64,000 bases of DNA from an uncultured Methylomirabilota bacterium (lineage in GTDB: Bacteria > Methylomirabilota > Methylomirabilia > Methylomirabilales > 2-02-FULL-66-22). The translations under genes and the position numbers were made by a program. The notes below the pieces were generated by a model, which had not been told where the DNA came from, ran no database searches, and was given only the letters and a program-made list of their open reading frames with translations. This document shows, one piece after another, positions 1-10,052 of this stretch. Location: contig CAWJSJ010000003.1 in the NCBI GenBank assembly GCA_963845565.1, forward strand, positions 64,001-128,000, read 5' to 3'. How positions within the stretch are numbered: position 1 is the stretch's first letter; each line of letters opens with the position of its first letter.

Positions 1-625
1 CCACCACCCCCTGCGGGCCCGACTTGATTGTCACAACCTGGTACCCGCAGAGGGCTGAGCTGGCCGGGTTGGTCCCGTGGGCCGACTCGGGGATGAGGAT
101 CTTCCGCCGCGGGCTCCCCTTGGACTGGTGGTAGGCCCGGATCATCATGACGCCGGTCAATTCGCCGTGCGCCCCGGCCGAGGGATGGAGCGAGACGCGG
201 TCGAGGCCGCTGATCTCCGCCAGGTACCGCTCCAGCTCCCACATCAGCTCCAGCGCCCCCTGGGCCAGCGCGTCGGGCAGGTACGGATGCGCTCTGGCAA
301 AGCCGGGCAGCCGCGCCACGTCCTCGTTCACCCGGGGGTTGTACTTCATCGTGCACGAACCGAGCGGGTAGAAGCCCAGGTCGATCCCGAAGTTCCACTG
401 CGAGATCCGCGTGTAATGCCGCACCACGTCCACCTCGCTCACCTCGGGCAGGCCGGGGATCGGACCGCGCAGGAGGTGGGAGGGGATCAGCGCCTCCGCC
501 TTTTTTTCGGGCACATCGCAGGGCGGCAGCGAGTATCCCACCCGCCCGGGACTCCCCTGGTCGAATATCAACGGTTCGTTGAAGGCCAGCCCCTGGGTTC
601 CGACGGTGCGCTCCGGGCCGCTCAT
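1..625 (-). CDS. gcvPB: Glycine dehydrogenase (decarboxylating) subunit 2, 5' part; runs off the window edge
   Basis: Not in the ORF track. Manual translation from ATG at 625 (ATGA overlap with the gcvPA stop) gives MSGPERT...SEVDVVRHYTRISQ...YPLGSCTMKYNP...PSAGAHGE...SAHGTNPAS, which are GcvPB motifs. Confidence 0.95.
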   Translation of the reverse strand, partial: MSGPERTVGTQGLAFNEPLIFDQGSPGRVGYSLPPCDVPEKKAEALIPSHLLRGPIPGLPEVSEVDVVRHYTRISQWNFGIDLGFYPLGSCTMKYNPRVNEDVARLPGFARAHPYLPDALAQGALELMWELERYLAEISGLDRVSLHPSAGAHGELTGVMMIRAYHQSKGSPRRKILIPESAHGTNPASSALCGYQVVTIKSGPQGVV

Positions 626-1968
626 CGCACGCCTCCCAGCGCCTCGATCAGCGCGTCGATCTGTTCCCGCGTCTTCTGCTCCGTCACGCACAGCAGGAGA
701 CAGTCCGCAAGTTCCGGATAGAAGCGCCCCAGATCCACGCCGCCGATGATCTCGTGTTTCAGGAGCTGCTTCAGGATCGCCGCCGGCTTCTTCGCCACCC
801 GCACGACGAACTCGTTGAACGTCGGTCCCCCGAACCGGATGCCGCACCCCGACACCTTGCCCAGGCGTCCCTTGGCGAACGCCGCCTTGCGCAGGTTCTG
901 GAGCGCCACCTCACGGAGTCCCTGCGGTCCCATGCTCACCAGGTAGATGGTGGCCATGAGGGCGATCAGTGACTCCGCCGTGCAGATGTTGGAGGTGGCC
1001 TTCTCGCGACGGATGTGCTGCTCCCGGGTGGCCAGGGTCAGGACGTACCCCGGGCGGCCATCCCGATCCACCGTCTGCCCCACCAGTCGGCCCGGCACGT
1101 GGCGCACGTACTGCTCGCGGGTCGCCAGGAATCCCAGGGCGGGGCCGCCGTAATTCATCCCGGTCCCCAGGCCCTGCCCCTCGCCCGTCACCAGATCCGC
1201 GCCGCACTCGCCGGGCGACTTCAGGAGGCCCAGGGCGATCGGCTCGGCCACGCACACCACGCAGAGCGCACCGGCGGCATGTGCGGCCTCGGCCAGCGGG
1301 ACGAGGTCCTCGACGCCGCCGAAGAAGTTGGGATATTGCACCACCAGACAGGCGGTCTGGGGCCCCAGCGTGCGCTTCACCGCGTCCAGGTCGGTCACAC
1401 CGGCCTCGTTGAACGCGATCTCGCGAAAGACGAGGCCGACCTGCGCGGCGTAGGTCCGGGCGACTTGGCGGTACTCCGGATGGACCGCGCGTCCCACCAC
1501 GACCTCGGTCCGCCCCGTGATCCGATGCGCCATCAGGATGGCCTCCGCCGTCGAGGACGCCCCTTCGTACATGGACGCGTTGCTCACCTCCATCCCGGTG
1601 AGTTGACAGACGAGGGTCTGGTACTCGAACAGCGCCTGCAGCGTCCCCTGGGAGATCTCGGGCTGGTACGGCGTGTAGGCGGTGAGGAACTCGCCCCGCA
1701 GCACGAGGTGCGCGATGATGGCCGGGCTGAAGTGGTCGTAGCAGCCCGCCCCCAGGAAGCTGTTGTACCGATCCGCGTCCGCGTTGCGGTCTGCCAACGA
1801 CCGCAACCGCTTCACCACCTCCGCCTCCGCCAAGGCCGGGGGGATCTTCAGGGGCCGCTTCAGCCGCAAGGCGTCCGGAACGTCCGCAAACAAGTTGTCC
1901 ACCGATCCGGCGCCGATGGCGTCCAGCATCTGCCGCCGATCCTGCTCGGTGTTCGGTATGTAACGCAT
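622..1968 (-). CDS. gcvPA: Glycine dehydrogenase subunit 1
   Basis: MRYIPNT start, AYTPYQPEISQG and REQHIRREKATSNIC motifs; position in gcv operon. Confidence 0.97.
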   Translation of the reverse strand: MRYIPNTEQDRRQMLDAIGAGSVDNLFADVPDALRLKRPLKIPPALAEAEVVKRLRSLADRNADADRYNSFLGAGCYDHFSPAIIAHLVLRGEFLTAYTPYQPEISQGTLQALFEYQTLVCQLTGMEVSNASMYEGASSTAEAILMAHRITGRTEVVVGRAVHPEYRQVARTYAAQVGLVFREIAFNEAGVTDLDAVKRTLGPQTACLVVQYPNFFGGVEDLVPLAEAAHAAGALCVVCVAEPIALGLLKSPGECGADLVTGEGQGLGTGMNYGGPALGFLATREQYVRHVPGRLVGQTVDRDGRPGYVLTLATREQHIRREKATSNICTAESLIALMATIYLVSMGPQGLREVALQNLRKAAFAKGRLGKVSGCGIRFGGPTFNEFVVRVAKKPAAILKQLLKHEIIGGVDLGRFYPELADCLLLCVTEQKTREQIDALIEALGGVR

Positions 1969-1998
1969 GAGAGCCTCTCAGCAATCCGTGAGTCGCAC

Positions 1999-2136
1999 GT
2001 CGATTCGTCAAACGGTCAACCGGTCAACCGGAAGAGACCGTGCCGAATTGACGCGTTGACTCGTTGACCAATCGGCACCGCCGCCGCTCGTCTCGTTGCC
2101 CAATTGCCAGGTTGTGTACTTACCGAGTTGCCTGAA
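1999..2136. repeat. Intergenic 8-nt-period short repeats, partly in inverted arrangement
   Basis: GTCAA x3 at 2007/2015/2023 mirrored by TTGAC x3 at 2048/2056/2064; TTGCC-like units every 8 nt from 2096 to 2132. Confidence 0.7.
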
Positions 2137-2138
2137 CG

Positions 2139-2531
2139 TCAGTGCCCCTCGCTGGCGAGAAACGCCTCGTACGCCTTGACGTCCATCAGCGCGTCCAGCT
2201 CCTTCGCGTTGGCCAATTCCACCACGACGATCCACCCGGCGCCGTAGCAGTCCTTGTTGACCAGTTCCGGTGCGGTTTCCAGGGCCGTATTGACCTCCAC
2301 AACTGCGCCCCCCACCGGCGAGTAGACGTCGGAGACCGCCTTGACCGACTCGACGACGCCGAAGGCCTCCATCTGCTTCACGGCCCGCCCCACCTTGGGC
2401 AGCTCGACGAAGACCACATCCCCCAGAGCGGTCTGCGCGTGATGCGTGAGGCCGATCCGTCCCCGCGCGCCTTCAACCTTGACCCACTCGTGCTCCTTCG
2501 AATACTTCAGGTCGGCTGGATACATGTGCAC
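2139..2531 (-). CDS. gcvH: Glycine cleavage system H protein
   Basis: HEWV motif and VESVKAVSD lipoyl-lysine motif. Confidence 0.97.
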   Translation of the reverse strand: MHMYPADLKYSKEHEWVKVEGARGRIGLTHHAQTALGDVVFVELPKVGRAVKQMEAFGVVESVKAVSDVYSPVGGAVVEVNTALETAPELVNKDCYGAGWIVVVELANAKELDALMDVKAYEAFLASEGH

Positions 2532-2541
2532 TCCTCCTGTG

Positions 2542-3645
2542 TCAACGGGATCGCTTGTAGAACGGTGTCGGAACGATCCGGGCGGCCACCGGCTGGTCGC
2601 GGATCAGGATCTCGATCGGGGTGCCGACCGCGGCATGGGCGATTGCCACATACCCGAGGCCGATCGCCTTGCCGAGCCAGGGGGATGGTGCGCCGCTGGT
2701 CACCTCGCCGATGCGCACGCCGGCGGCGACGATCGGATAGTGCGATCGCGCGATGCCCCGTCCCACCATCTCGAACCCCACCAGCTTCCGCGCGACCCCC
2801 TCGGCCTTCTGCCGAGCCAGCGCGTCGCGCCCGATGAACTCCCCCTTCTGGAGCTTCACGATCCACGCCAGATCGGCCTCCAGGACGGTGTGCTCGTCGT
2901 CGATGTCGTTTCCGTAGAGCGCCATCTTGGCTTCCAGCCGCAGGGTGTCCCGCGCCCCAAGGCCGCAGGGAAGGAGCCCCAACGGAGTCCCCGCTTCCAA
3001 AAGGGCGTTCCACAGATCCGGCGCGCGTTGCGGGGAGACGTACACCTCGAAGCCGTCCTCGCCCGTGTACCCCGTGCGGGACAGCAGCGCCTCTTCCCCC
3101 AGGATCGGGCCGCGCCCGAACCAGTAGTAGGGAATCGCCGCCAGATCTACCGGCGTGAGCGTCTGGAGAATGGCCAGCGCCCGGGGGCCCTGGATGGCCA
3201 CCAGCGCGGTCGCCTCGCTCTGGTCGACGATCGTCGCCCCCGGCGCGTGCTCGCGCATCCAGCGGAGGTCCTTCTCGATGTTCGCCGCGTTCAGCGTCAC
3301 CAGGTAGCGGTCCTCGGCCAGGCGGTACACGGTCAGGTCGTCCACGAACGTTCCGTTCGGCGTGGTGAGGGCGGAATACTGCACCTGGCCCACCTGGAGC
3401 CGCGCGGCGTCGTTACTGGTCAGCCGCTGCAGCGCCGCCAGGGCACCCGACCCCTGAAATTCGACCTCGCCCATGTGGGACACATCGAAGAGGCCCGCGG
3501 CGGAGCGCACGGCCCGGTGCTCCTCCAGGATCCCGCGATACTGTATCGGCATTTCCCACCGCCCGAAGGGGACCAGCTTGGCGCCCAGCGCTCGGTGCTG
3601 CGCATGGAGCGGCGTCTGCTTCAGGGGGCCCTCAAGACCGGTCAT
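2542..3645 (-). CDS. gcvT: Aminomethyltransferase (glycine cleavage T protein)
   Basis: GLFDVSHMGE, SRTGYTGEDGFE and GLGARDTLRLEA motifs; ATG at 3645 preceded by GGAGG. Confidence 0.96.
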   Translation of the reverse strand: MTGLEGPLKQTPLHAQHRALGAKLVPFGRWEMPIQYRGILEEHRAVRSAAGLFDVSHMGEVEFQGSGALAALQRLTSNDAARLQVGQVQYSALTTPNGTFVDDLTVYRLAEDRYLVTLNAANIEKDLRWMREHAPGATIVDQSEATALVAIQGPRALAILQTLTPVDLAAIPYYWFGRGPILGEEALLSRTGYTGEDGFEVYVSPQRAPDLWNALLEAGTPLGLLPCGLGARDTLRLEAKMALYGNDIDDEHTVLEADLAWIVKLQKGEFIGRDALARQKAEGVARKLVGFEMVGRGIARSHYPIVAAGVRIGEVTSGAPSPWLGKAIGLGYVAIAHAAVGTPIEILIRDQPVAARIVPTPFYKRSR

Positions 3646-3710
3646 GGTGCACCTCCGACGGATCTGCGTGGGTGACGGACAGCGAGCGGCAGCACACGAC
3701 AAACGGCGCG

Positions 3711-3739
3711 ATTCTTCGACGGGGCCGGCGCTTTGTCAA
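3711..3739 (-). promoter_or_regulatory. Putative sigma70 promoter of the gcv operon
   Basis: TTGACA-17 nt-AAGAAT on the minus strand upstream of gcvT. Confidence 0.6.
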
Positions 3740-3749
3740 GGAAAAATCC

Positions 3750-5138
3750 TCAGCCTTTTCGGGCGTCGGCGCCACACAGCGTCAGCGCCAGTGTTTCCAG
3801 AATGACCCCCTCCGCCTGGCCGGTGTTCTTGAGCGCCAGGTCCGCCTGGTGGATCGCGTCGAGCCCGCGCAGGAGGTCCGTCAGGGTGAAGCGACTGCTC
3901 GCCTTGAGCAGGTTGAAGGTCCGAAACGGGTGCATCGCGCGAAGCTTCGCCGCCGAGCCATCGTCCGGCCCGGCCTCCGCCGCCAGGCGCGGGAGCACGC
4001 GCGACTGAAACGCCGGATACGTCAGGCGCGGGTCAATCTGCCCGTCCAGGCGACCGTCCAGCGCACAGCGCGCCAGCAGGAGACTCCGAATGGTCGCGGC
4101 GATCATGCCGAGGATCGGCTGGGCGCCTTCGCGCTGGGCGGCCAGAGCGCGCAGCGCGTGCAACGCCCCGGCGACGTCGCGCCCTTCGAGGGCATTGGTC
4201 AGGTCGAAGATGCCGGCTTCCCGCGAACTGCTGAGAACGGCCAGGACGTCCGCCGTGCGCACCTCCGCCCGATCTCCGACGTACAGGAGGATCTTCTCCA
4301 ACTCCGATTCCAGGGTCCGCACGCTGAACCCGGTGCGTTCCACGATGCAGGTCGCCGCCCCCTCGTCGATGCGCTTGCCGGCGCGGTGGACGGCCTCCTT
4401 GATCCGAGCCCGCGCGACCTCGGGCTTCATCTGAGTCTCGCCCAGTTTCCCGGTGCGCACACCGCAATCCACCACCACGCCGGTCTCGGCGATCCGCTTG
4501 AAGAGGGCGCGTCGCTGGTCCACCACCTCGGCCGTCAAGATCAGAACGGCCCCCGGCGGGATCCCGCGCTTGAGCAGGTCTTCAAAGACCGCGGCCGTGC
4601 CCGCGCCGATGGCCTCCGGAATCTCGGCCCCGTCGGCCACCAGGCGGCGCGCGGTCTCGCGCACCCATTGTGTTGACTCCTCCGTCGACGGGACGGTCAG
4701 CAGGTCCTTCCACAGGACCGCGGGGAGCTCCCCCTGCATCGCGCGCTCCAGGAAGGGCCGATCCAGCCCGGCCACGCCGGCCGCTTGGAGAAAGCCGCGC
4801 GCGGCTTTCTCGGCGTCGCGGGCTTTCCACGCCTCCCAGCTCTTCCGGAACAGGTCGCCGACGTTCTGCTTGGACACGAAGGCCTTGGTATCGCGGACGA
4901 CCACTACCTTGGTCCCCCCGAACAACGGGACCGTGCGGAGCCGCCCCGGCACGGTCGCCGCCTCGGCGTCCTCGTTGATCGTCTCCACGCTCAGGGCCTG
5001 ATGGTCGGCCGGTACCAGCGCGTCCACGATGGCTCGGGCACCCTCACGCGCCACCAGCTCGTCCCCGCACAGCAGGTACACGGAGGCGACCGTTCCCCGG
5101 CCGATGTCCGCCATCACCTTGTCCATCAGGCCGCCCAT
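3750..5138 (-). CDS. holA: DNA polymerase III delta subunit
   Basis: VYLLCGDE N-terminus, TVPLFGGTKVVVV, ELEKILLY, IFDLTNAL and ADLALK patterns. Confidence 0.85.
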   Translation of the reverse strand: MGGLMDKVMADIGRGTVASVYLLCGDELVAREGARAIVDALVPADHQALSVETINEDAEAATVPGRLRTVPLFGGTKVVVVRDTKAFVSKQNVGDLFRKSWEAWKARDAEKAARGFLQAAGVAGLDRPFLERAMQGELPAVLWKDLLTVPSTEESTQWVRETARRLVADGAEIPEAIGAGTAAVFEDLLKRGIPPGAVLILTAEVVDQRRALFKRIAETGVVVDCGVRTGKLGETQMKPEVARARIKEAVHRAGKRIDEGAATCIVERTGFSVRTLESELEKILLYVGDRAEVRTADVLAVLSSSREAGIFDLTNALEGRDVAGALHALRALAAQREGAQPILGMIAATIRSLLLARCALDGRLDGQIDPRLTYPAFQSRVLPRLAAEAGPDDGSAAKLRAMHPFRTFNLLKASSRFTLTDLLRGLDAIHQADLALKNTGQAEGVILETLALTLCGADARKG

Positions 5139-5142
5139 GGCC

Positions 5143-6369
5143 TCATCCCCTCCCGCCGCCCGGCGAGCCGGCGCGCGCCGCGGGCCGCGGGCCTGTCGAG
5201 CTGCCGCCCCCGGACAGTGCCGCGAGAATTTCCGGGCCGAACTCGGCCACCCGCCAGCGGCGCATCCCGTCCACCGCCTCCAGCGCGGGCAGGCCCGCCG
5301 GGGCGCCCTGCGCCAGCGGCTCGATCAGTCGCCGCGGAAGCAGGAGGCCCGGATCCAGGCCCACGCGGGGCGCGGCATCCGCCCGCCAGGCCAGCAGGGA
5401 GGCGATGCGCCGCTCCACCGCCGGCGTCAGTCGGGGCTTGGCGGGCCGGCGCAGGATCGGAAGGTCTCTCTCGGAGACGGCGAGGCCGCGCGCCACCGCC
5501 AGCAAGACACCCTCCCCATACCGCGCCAGGACGGTCGGCGTGCAGCCCGGGATCTGCGTCAACGCCTCCCGCGACTCCGGCCGCGCCGCCGCCAGGCGGA
5601 GGAGCGTCTCGTTGCCCATCACCTTGAACGGCGGCCGCCCCCGCTCGTGCGACCACGCCTCGCGGGCCACGAACAGCTCCCGCAGGATACCGAGCCCCCG
5701 CCGGTCCAAGCCGCGCACGCCCTTGATCGCGAGGCAATCGTCCGGGTCGAACACGCGTCCCGCAGCCGGCGTCCCCTCCAGCGCCCGGCACTCCTCCTCG
5801 ACCCAGCCAGTTCGTCCGCGCGCCGCCAGCGATTCCGTCAGCCGCGCGCGAAGCGCGCACAGATGGCGGACGTCCTCGGCCGCGTAGTGTTCCTGCGCGG
5901 CGCTCAGGGGGCGAACCGCCCAATCGTCCTTCTGCCGCGACTCGCCCGCTTCGATCCCGAGGACCTGCGTGAGCAACGCCGTCAACCCGACCTCGGGCAA
6001 GCCGAGGAACTGGGCGGCCACCATGGTATCGAAGAGCCCGGCCACCTCGAAGCCGAAGTCCCGTTTCATGGACGCCAGGTCGTAGGCGGCGCCGTGGAGC
6101 ACCTTGACGATGGCCGGATCGGCCAGCAGCGGGGCGAGCCCGGCGAGATCCCGGTGGGCCAACGGATCCACCAGGAACACCTCGCCCTCGGCGGTCCCCA
6201 CCTGGATCAGACACACCTTTTCGGGGAAGTGGTGCAGGCTGTCCGACTCCGAATCCATCGCCACCACGGTCGCGCCGCGCAGGCGGGCGACCAGATGCGC
6301 CAGTTCCTCGCCGTTTCGGACCCACACGGGCGGACGAACGGGCGGCCGGATGGGAGTTGCACGCGGCAT
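5143..6369 (-). CDS. rnd: Ribonuclease D-like 3'-5' exonuclease with HRDC domains
   Basis: DSE (ExoI), KVLHGAAYD, FDTMVAA, DW..RPLS..Q..YAAEDV motifs, followed by HRDC-like helices. Confidence 0.85.
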   Translation of the reverse strand: MPRATPIRPPVRPPVWVRNGEELAHLVARLRGATVVAMDSESDSLHHFPEKVCLIQVGTAEGEVFLVDPLAHRDLAGLAPLLADPAIVKVLHGAAYDLASMKRDFGFEVAGLFDTMVAAQFLGLPEVGLTALLTQVLGIEAGESRQKDDWAVRPLSAAQEHYAAEDVRHLCALRARLTESLAARGRTGWVEEECRALEGTPAAGRVFDPDDCLAIKGVRGLDRRGLGILRELFVAREAWSHERGRPPFKVMGNETLLRLAAARPESREALTQIPGCTPTVLARYGEGVLLAVARGLAVSERDLPILRRPAKPRLTPAVERRIASLLAWRADAAPRVGLDPGLLLPRRLIEPLAQGAPAGLPALEAVDGMRRWRVAEFGPEILAALSGGGSSTGPRPAARAGSPGGGRG

Positions 6370-6420
6370 GACGGTCTCGCGGTCGGAGGATCTCGGAGGC
6401 ACAACCGACCCGGTGGATGG

Positions 6421-6813
6421 CTATTTGATGGCCAGCTTGCCCGTGGTGGCGAACAGACCGATCCAGCGCTGGGAAGTGCAGGCGACGTCGTAGACGCCCG
6501 ATCGGCCGGCGAGCACTTGGATCGCGGCGGTGGTCCCCGCGGGAACGTTCTGCCGGACGCCCAGGTCCGGGATGAGGAAAAAGTGGTCCTTCCCGACACT
6601 GGTCACCTGGAACGTCAGAATCGCGGCGCGTCCGCCTCGATCCGCTGCCATCACCGATGGTTCGCAGCGGTTCTCCCGCGCCACCACGTCGAACGCGTGC
6701 CGCGCCACCTCGGCCGGGGTCACCATGGGGGGGACCCGCTCAGGAAACAGCCGGGCGCACCCCCCGGTCAGCAGGAACCCCGCCAGCCCTACGATCAGTA
6801 TCGTCCGCCGCAC
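6421..6813 (-). CDS. Putative lipoprotein with cupredoxin-like fold
   Basis: GTG start after GGAGGAG; lipobox LTGG-C; H-x-F-x-I-P and G-x-Y-x3-C...G-K-L cupredoxin pattern. Confidence 0.65.
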   Translation of the reverse strand: MRRTILIVGLAGFLLTGGCARLFPERVPPMVTPAEVARHAFDVVARENRCEPSVMAADRGGRAAILTFQVTSVGKDHFFLIPDLGVRQNVPAGTTAAIQVLAGRSGVYDVACTSQRWIGLFATTGKLAIK

Positions 6814-7051
6814 ACGCGCTCCTCCTCGATGAAGGACGCGGAAGATTAGCATGCGCCTGGTCAAGTTGCAACGGTCGGGTTCACCCGGTGCGAGGCGCCC
6901 GTTCCGACCCGCCCGAGGCCGCGGCGGATCGACCCCGCACGAACCCGTTGACCGGGGGGTGGGCCTCGGGATATATGTGGTGCCGCCACGGGCGTGGACC
7001 GTGGGTCGCACCCGGCGACCCGCACCCGCATGACCCGGAACCGAGGACCGC

Positions 7052-8431
7052 ATGGACCATCACGCGCGCATCGCATCGAAACGCCGCCACGTCCGGCAGC
7101 GGGCCCAGGATCTGCTCGAGCGGCTGGACCGCATGGACGACGAAGAGCTCCGGTGGACCGTGCGCCTGTTCGCCGACTGCCTATCGCCGGAGCAGCGGGC
7201 CGCCTGTCTCGGCGCCTATGACGAGCGGTGGCCCGTCGAAGAGCGCCGCGCGTTCGTCGCGGCGTTCGTTCCGCGCTACACGGACCTGGCCCTGGCCTCC
7301 CTGGACCGGGCGGAGGCCGCGGCCCCAGGCGGCCTCGCATCCTGGACCGACGAGGACCTGCAAGGGACCTCGCTGGCCGAGAAGTGGGCGTGCCTCGCGG
7401 AGGGTCCGGACGGGCTGCGTCCCGACCAACTCCGGCGGGAGCTGGCTCGCCTGTTCATGTGCAAGTCCTACGACCTGTTTCACGACGCCGGATTGTCCGA
7501 GGCTGCGGTGGAATACCCGGCCTATCACCGGGTACGCGAAGCCCTGGAGACCCAGCCTGACGCCGTCATCGCCGACCTGGTCGGCCTGGTCGTCGGGCAG
7601 GGCGCGGGGCTTCGATCCCGGGAGCCGCACGAGGTCGAGGCGGCGCTGGCGTACATCCGAGAGGGCCTCAGTCAACGCCTCGGGATCGCGATCCCTCCGG
7701 ATCGCCTCTTCGCGGGCCAGATGCTCCGGCTGCCTCTCGACCACCCCGATCAGGTCGTGGAAGCCGCCACCCCCGGTCCCACCCCCGCGCCCTGGGACCT
7801 GCCGGGCGTGGATCTGCCGACGGCGTTTCTGGTCCTGGCGGATCTGATGACGCAGGGCGAGGTGGAGGAGTACCTCCTCCCCCTGCGTCGCCAGTATCGG
7901 TCGATCGCCGAGGTGCCGGGCCAGGAGCTGCGCAGCTTGCTCTCGCGCCTCTGGGGGCGGTTGGGGGATCGCCGCCTGACCGATTTCGCCGAGCGGTATC
8001 GCTCGGGTCGGATGGTCGCCGACCGGAAGGTGGCGCCGGAGGTCTGGGGCCTCCTCCCCCAGCCGGAGCAATTGACCATCCTCGAGCGGGACAACCGCGC
8101 CATGGATATCGGGCAGGCCGCGCGCCACCTGGTCAAGATCCTCTTCAGCTTCCAGTACGACACGCTGTTCGACGCGGGGTTCCACGTCGCCCTGCTGCGG
8201 TCGCCCCGCTATCAACAGCTCATCAGTCGGCTGACCGCGGGCGACGACGCTGCGGAGACCCGGCGGCTGGCGATCCTGACGCAGACGGTGACGCACCAGA
8301 TGCTCGATCTGGAGATGATGGCCCCCGACGCCCGCCGGACGCGCCTGCAGGAGATCCGGACGCTGATCGCGGCCACCCTCGACCTCCCCGACGATCTCAC
8401 CTACCCTGCCCGAAAAGAGGGACGGGCCTGA
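7052..8431 (+). CDS. Hypothetical helical protein with an apparent internal two-fold repeat
   Basis: 459-aa ORF, GAGG RBS, typical codon usage; no recognisable family. Confidence 0.8.
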   Translation: MDHHARIASKRRHVRQRAQDLLERLDRMDDEELRWTVRLFADCLSPEQRAACLGAYDERWPVEERRAFVAAFVPRYTDLALASLDRAEAAAPGGLASWTDEDLQGTSLAEKWACLAEGPDGLRPDQLRRELARLFMCKSYDLFHDAGLSEAAVEYPAYHRVREALETQPDAVIADLVGLVVGQGAGLRSREPHEVEAALAYIREGLSQRLGIAIPPDRLFAGQMLRLPLDHPDQVVEAATPGPTPAPWDLPGVDLPTAFLVLADLMTQGEVEEYLLPLRRQYRSIAEVPGQELRSLLSRLWGRLGDRRLTDFAERYRSGRMVADRKVAPEVWGLLPQPEQLTILERDNRAMDIGQAARHLVKILFSFQYDTLFDAGFHVALLRSPRYQQLISRLTAGDDAAETRRLAILTQTVTHQMLDLEMMAPDARRTRLQEIRTLIAATLDLPDDLTYPARKEGRA

Positions 8432-8459
8432 GGCGGGTGGCTGCGACGCCCTTGGTCCG

Positions 8460-8563
8460 AAGCCGTTGTCAAAGAATGAGTTGAGCGGAGACATTCCGAA
8501 ACGGCATAAGGAGCCGTAACGAATTAGAAAGAGATGTCTAGGTTATTTCGTAACGGCTCCTAA
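8460..8563 (+). repeat. ~105 bp dispersed bipartite inverted-repeat element (MITE/REP-like), copy 1
   Basis: AAGCCGTTGTCAAAGAAT...CCGAAACGGCATAAGGAGCCGTAACGAA...TTATTTCGTAACGGCTCCTAA; near-identical to four other copies in the window. Confidence 0.92.
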
Positions 8564-8605
8564 CCACGAGGAACGGTCATGCCCGCAGGGAAACGACGGC
8601 ATCCG

Positions 8606-9996
8606 ATGTATGAAGGGGTCGCCCTCCTGGCCGACCCCATTTACGGCTACGTCCACTTCACCGTGCCCATCGAGGGGCGGGCCGAGGAGCGGACCGAGAA
8701 AGATTTGATCGACACGCCCTGGATGCAGCGCCTCCGCCGGGTCCACCAGCTCCAGTCAAGCTTCTGGGTCTTCCCGTCAGCCGAGCATAGCCGATTCCAG
8801 CATTCCCTGGGCACCATGCACATGGCCGGCCGCTTCGCGGATCGGCTGTATCCCAGCCTGAAACAGGCCTTCGACCGGTGCCCCTCCTTCGCGTTGGTGA
8901 AGGAACTCCTGCGCGTCACCGGACTGGTGCACGACATCGGCCACGGGCCGTTCAGCCACTTCTTCGACCACCACTATTTGGAGCCCGCCTGTGGGACCAA
9001 TCACGAGGGGCTCGGCCAGCAGATCGTGACCGAAAAGCTGGCCGACCTGATCCGGGGAATCCGGCGGAGTCCCGATGGCCTGTTCAAGCCGGGCGAAACC
9101 CTGGAACCGGAGTACGTCGCCTTTCTGGTGCGCCGGCCCGAGGTCGGCGCGGAACGGCTGCCGGGCTGGCTGCGCACGCTCCAGCCCGTCTTTTCAGGCA
9201 TCTACACCGCGGACAACGTGGATTACATTCAGCGCGACGCCTACATGACCGGCTTCTCGCTGGACCTGGTGGACATCGACCGGCTCCTCTACTACACCTT
9301 CGTGACGCCCGAGGGTCTCGCCTTGCACAAGTCGGGCTCGTCGGCGCTGCGGCGTTTCGTCAACGCCCGGTTCACCATGTACGCCGATGTGTACTACCAC
9401 CGCACCAACCGCGCGATGGACCTGCACATGCAGGAGATCTTCGAGGAGACGGTGCGGCTCTTGTTTCCCTTCGACCCCCGCCGGGAACTCGATCGCTACC
9501 TCGGTGTCAGCGATTGGTCGCTGCTCGAAGGGGTGCATACCTGGCTGGAGGCGGCGGACCCGCGGAAGCGGGCGTTGGCCGAGGAGTGGTCGCGGATCGT
9601 CGGGCGCGAGGTCAAGTGGAAGATGGCCTACGACCACATGGAGACCATGGACGACCCGCGCGCCAAGAAGTTCGTGGACGCGTCGGAACTGGAACGGGAG
9701 GTCCGCCAGCAGCTCCCCCCGCACTCCGGTCGCTGCCCTTCCGGGTGGACGTCGCCCGGCAGGACCCGCGCCCATTGAATCCCTGGACCGAGGAAGCCAA
9801 GAAGATCCTGATCTATGATCCCGCCACGGACCGCGCGTCCCCGCAGCCCGTCCAGGACTTGTTCCGCTACATTCCCGCGCGAGTCGCCCACTACCGAATC
9901 TTCGCGCTGGATCACACCCACGACGACGCCCTGGCCCGCGCCACGCAGGCCGTGCTGGGGGGCCCCGGCGACCCGGCCGTCTCGACCAACGTCTAG
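8606..9996 (+). CDS. HD-superfamily phosphohydrolase (SAMHD1/dNTPase-like), frameshifted near 9715-9721
   Basis: DPIYG, QRLRR..Q, HSRFQHSLG, LVHDIGHGPFSH, ADNVDYIQRD and VYYH motifs. The C-terminus continues in another frame (ALRSLPFRVDV...STNV*) after a C run. Confidence 0.88.
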
Positions 9997-10052
9997 CCGC
10001 CCGCCGGACACCCGTCGTCCTGCCCCGTGCCGAGGCCGTGGTCTGCCGACGC

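Noticed and set aside
3646..3750. Glycine riboswitch upstream of gcvT
   Set aside because: The leader is short and lacks recognisable GGAGA/CCGAAG/CTCTCAGG aptamer motifs
8460..8563. The 105 bp repeat as a CRISPR repeat
   Set aside because: Copies are kilobases apart, have no unique spacers, and no cas genes are present
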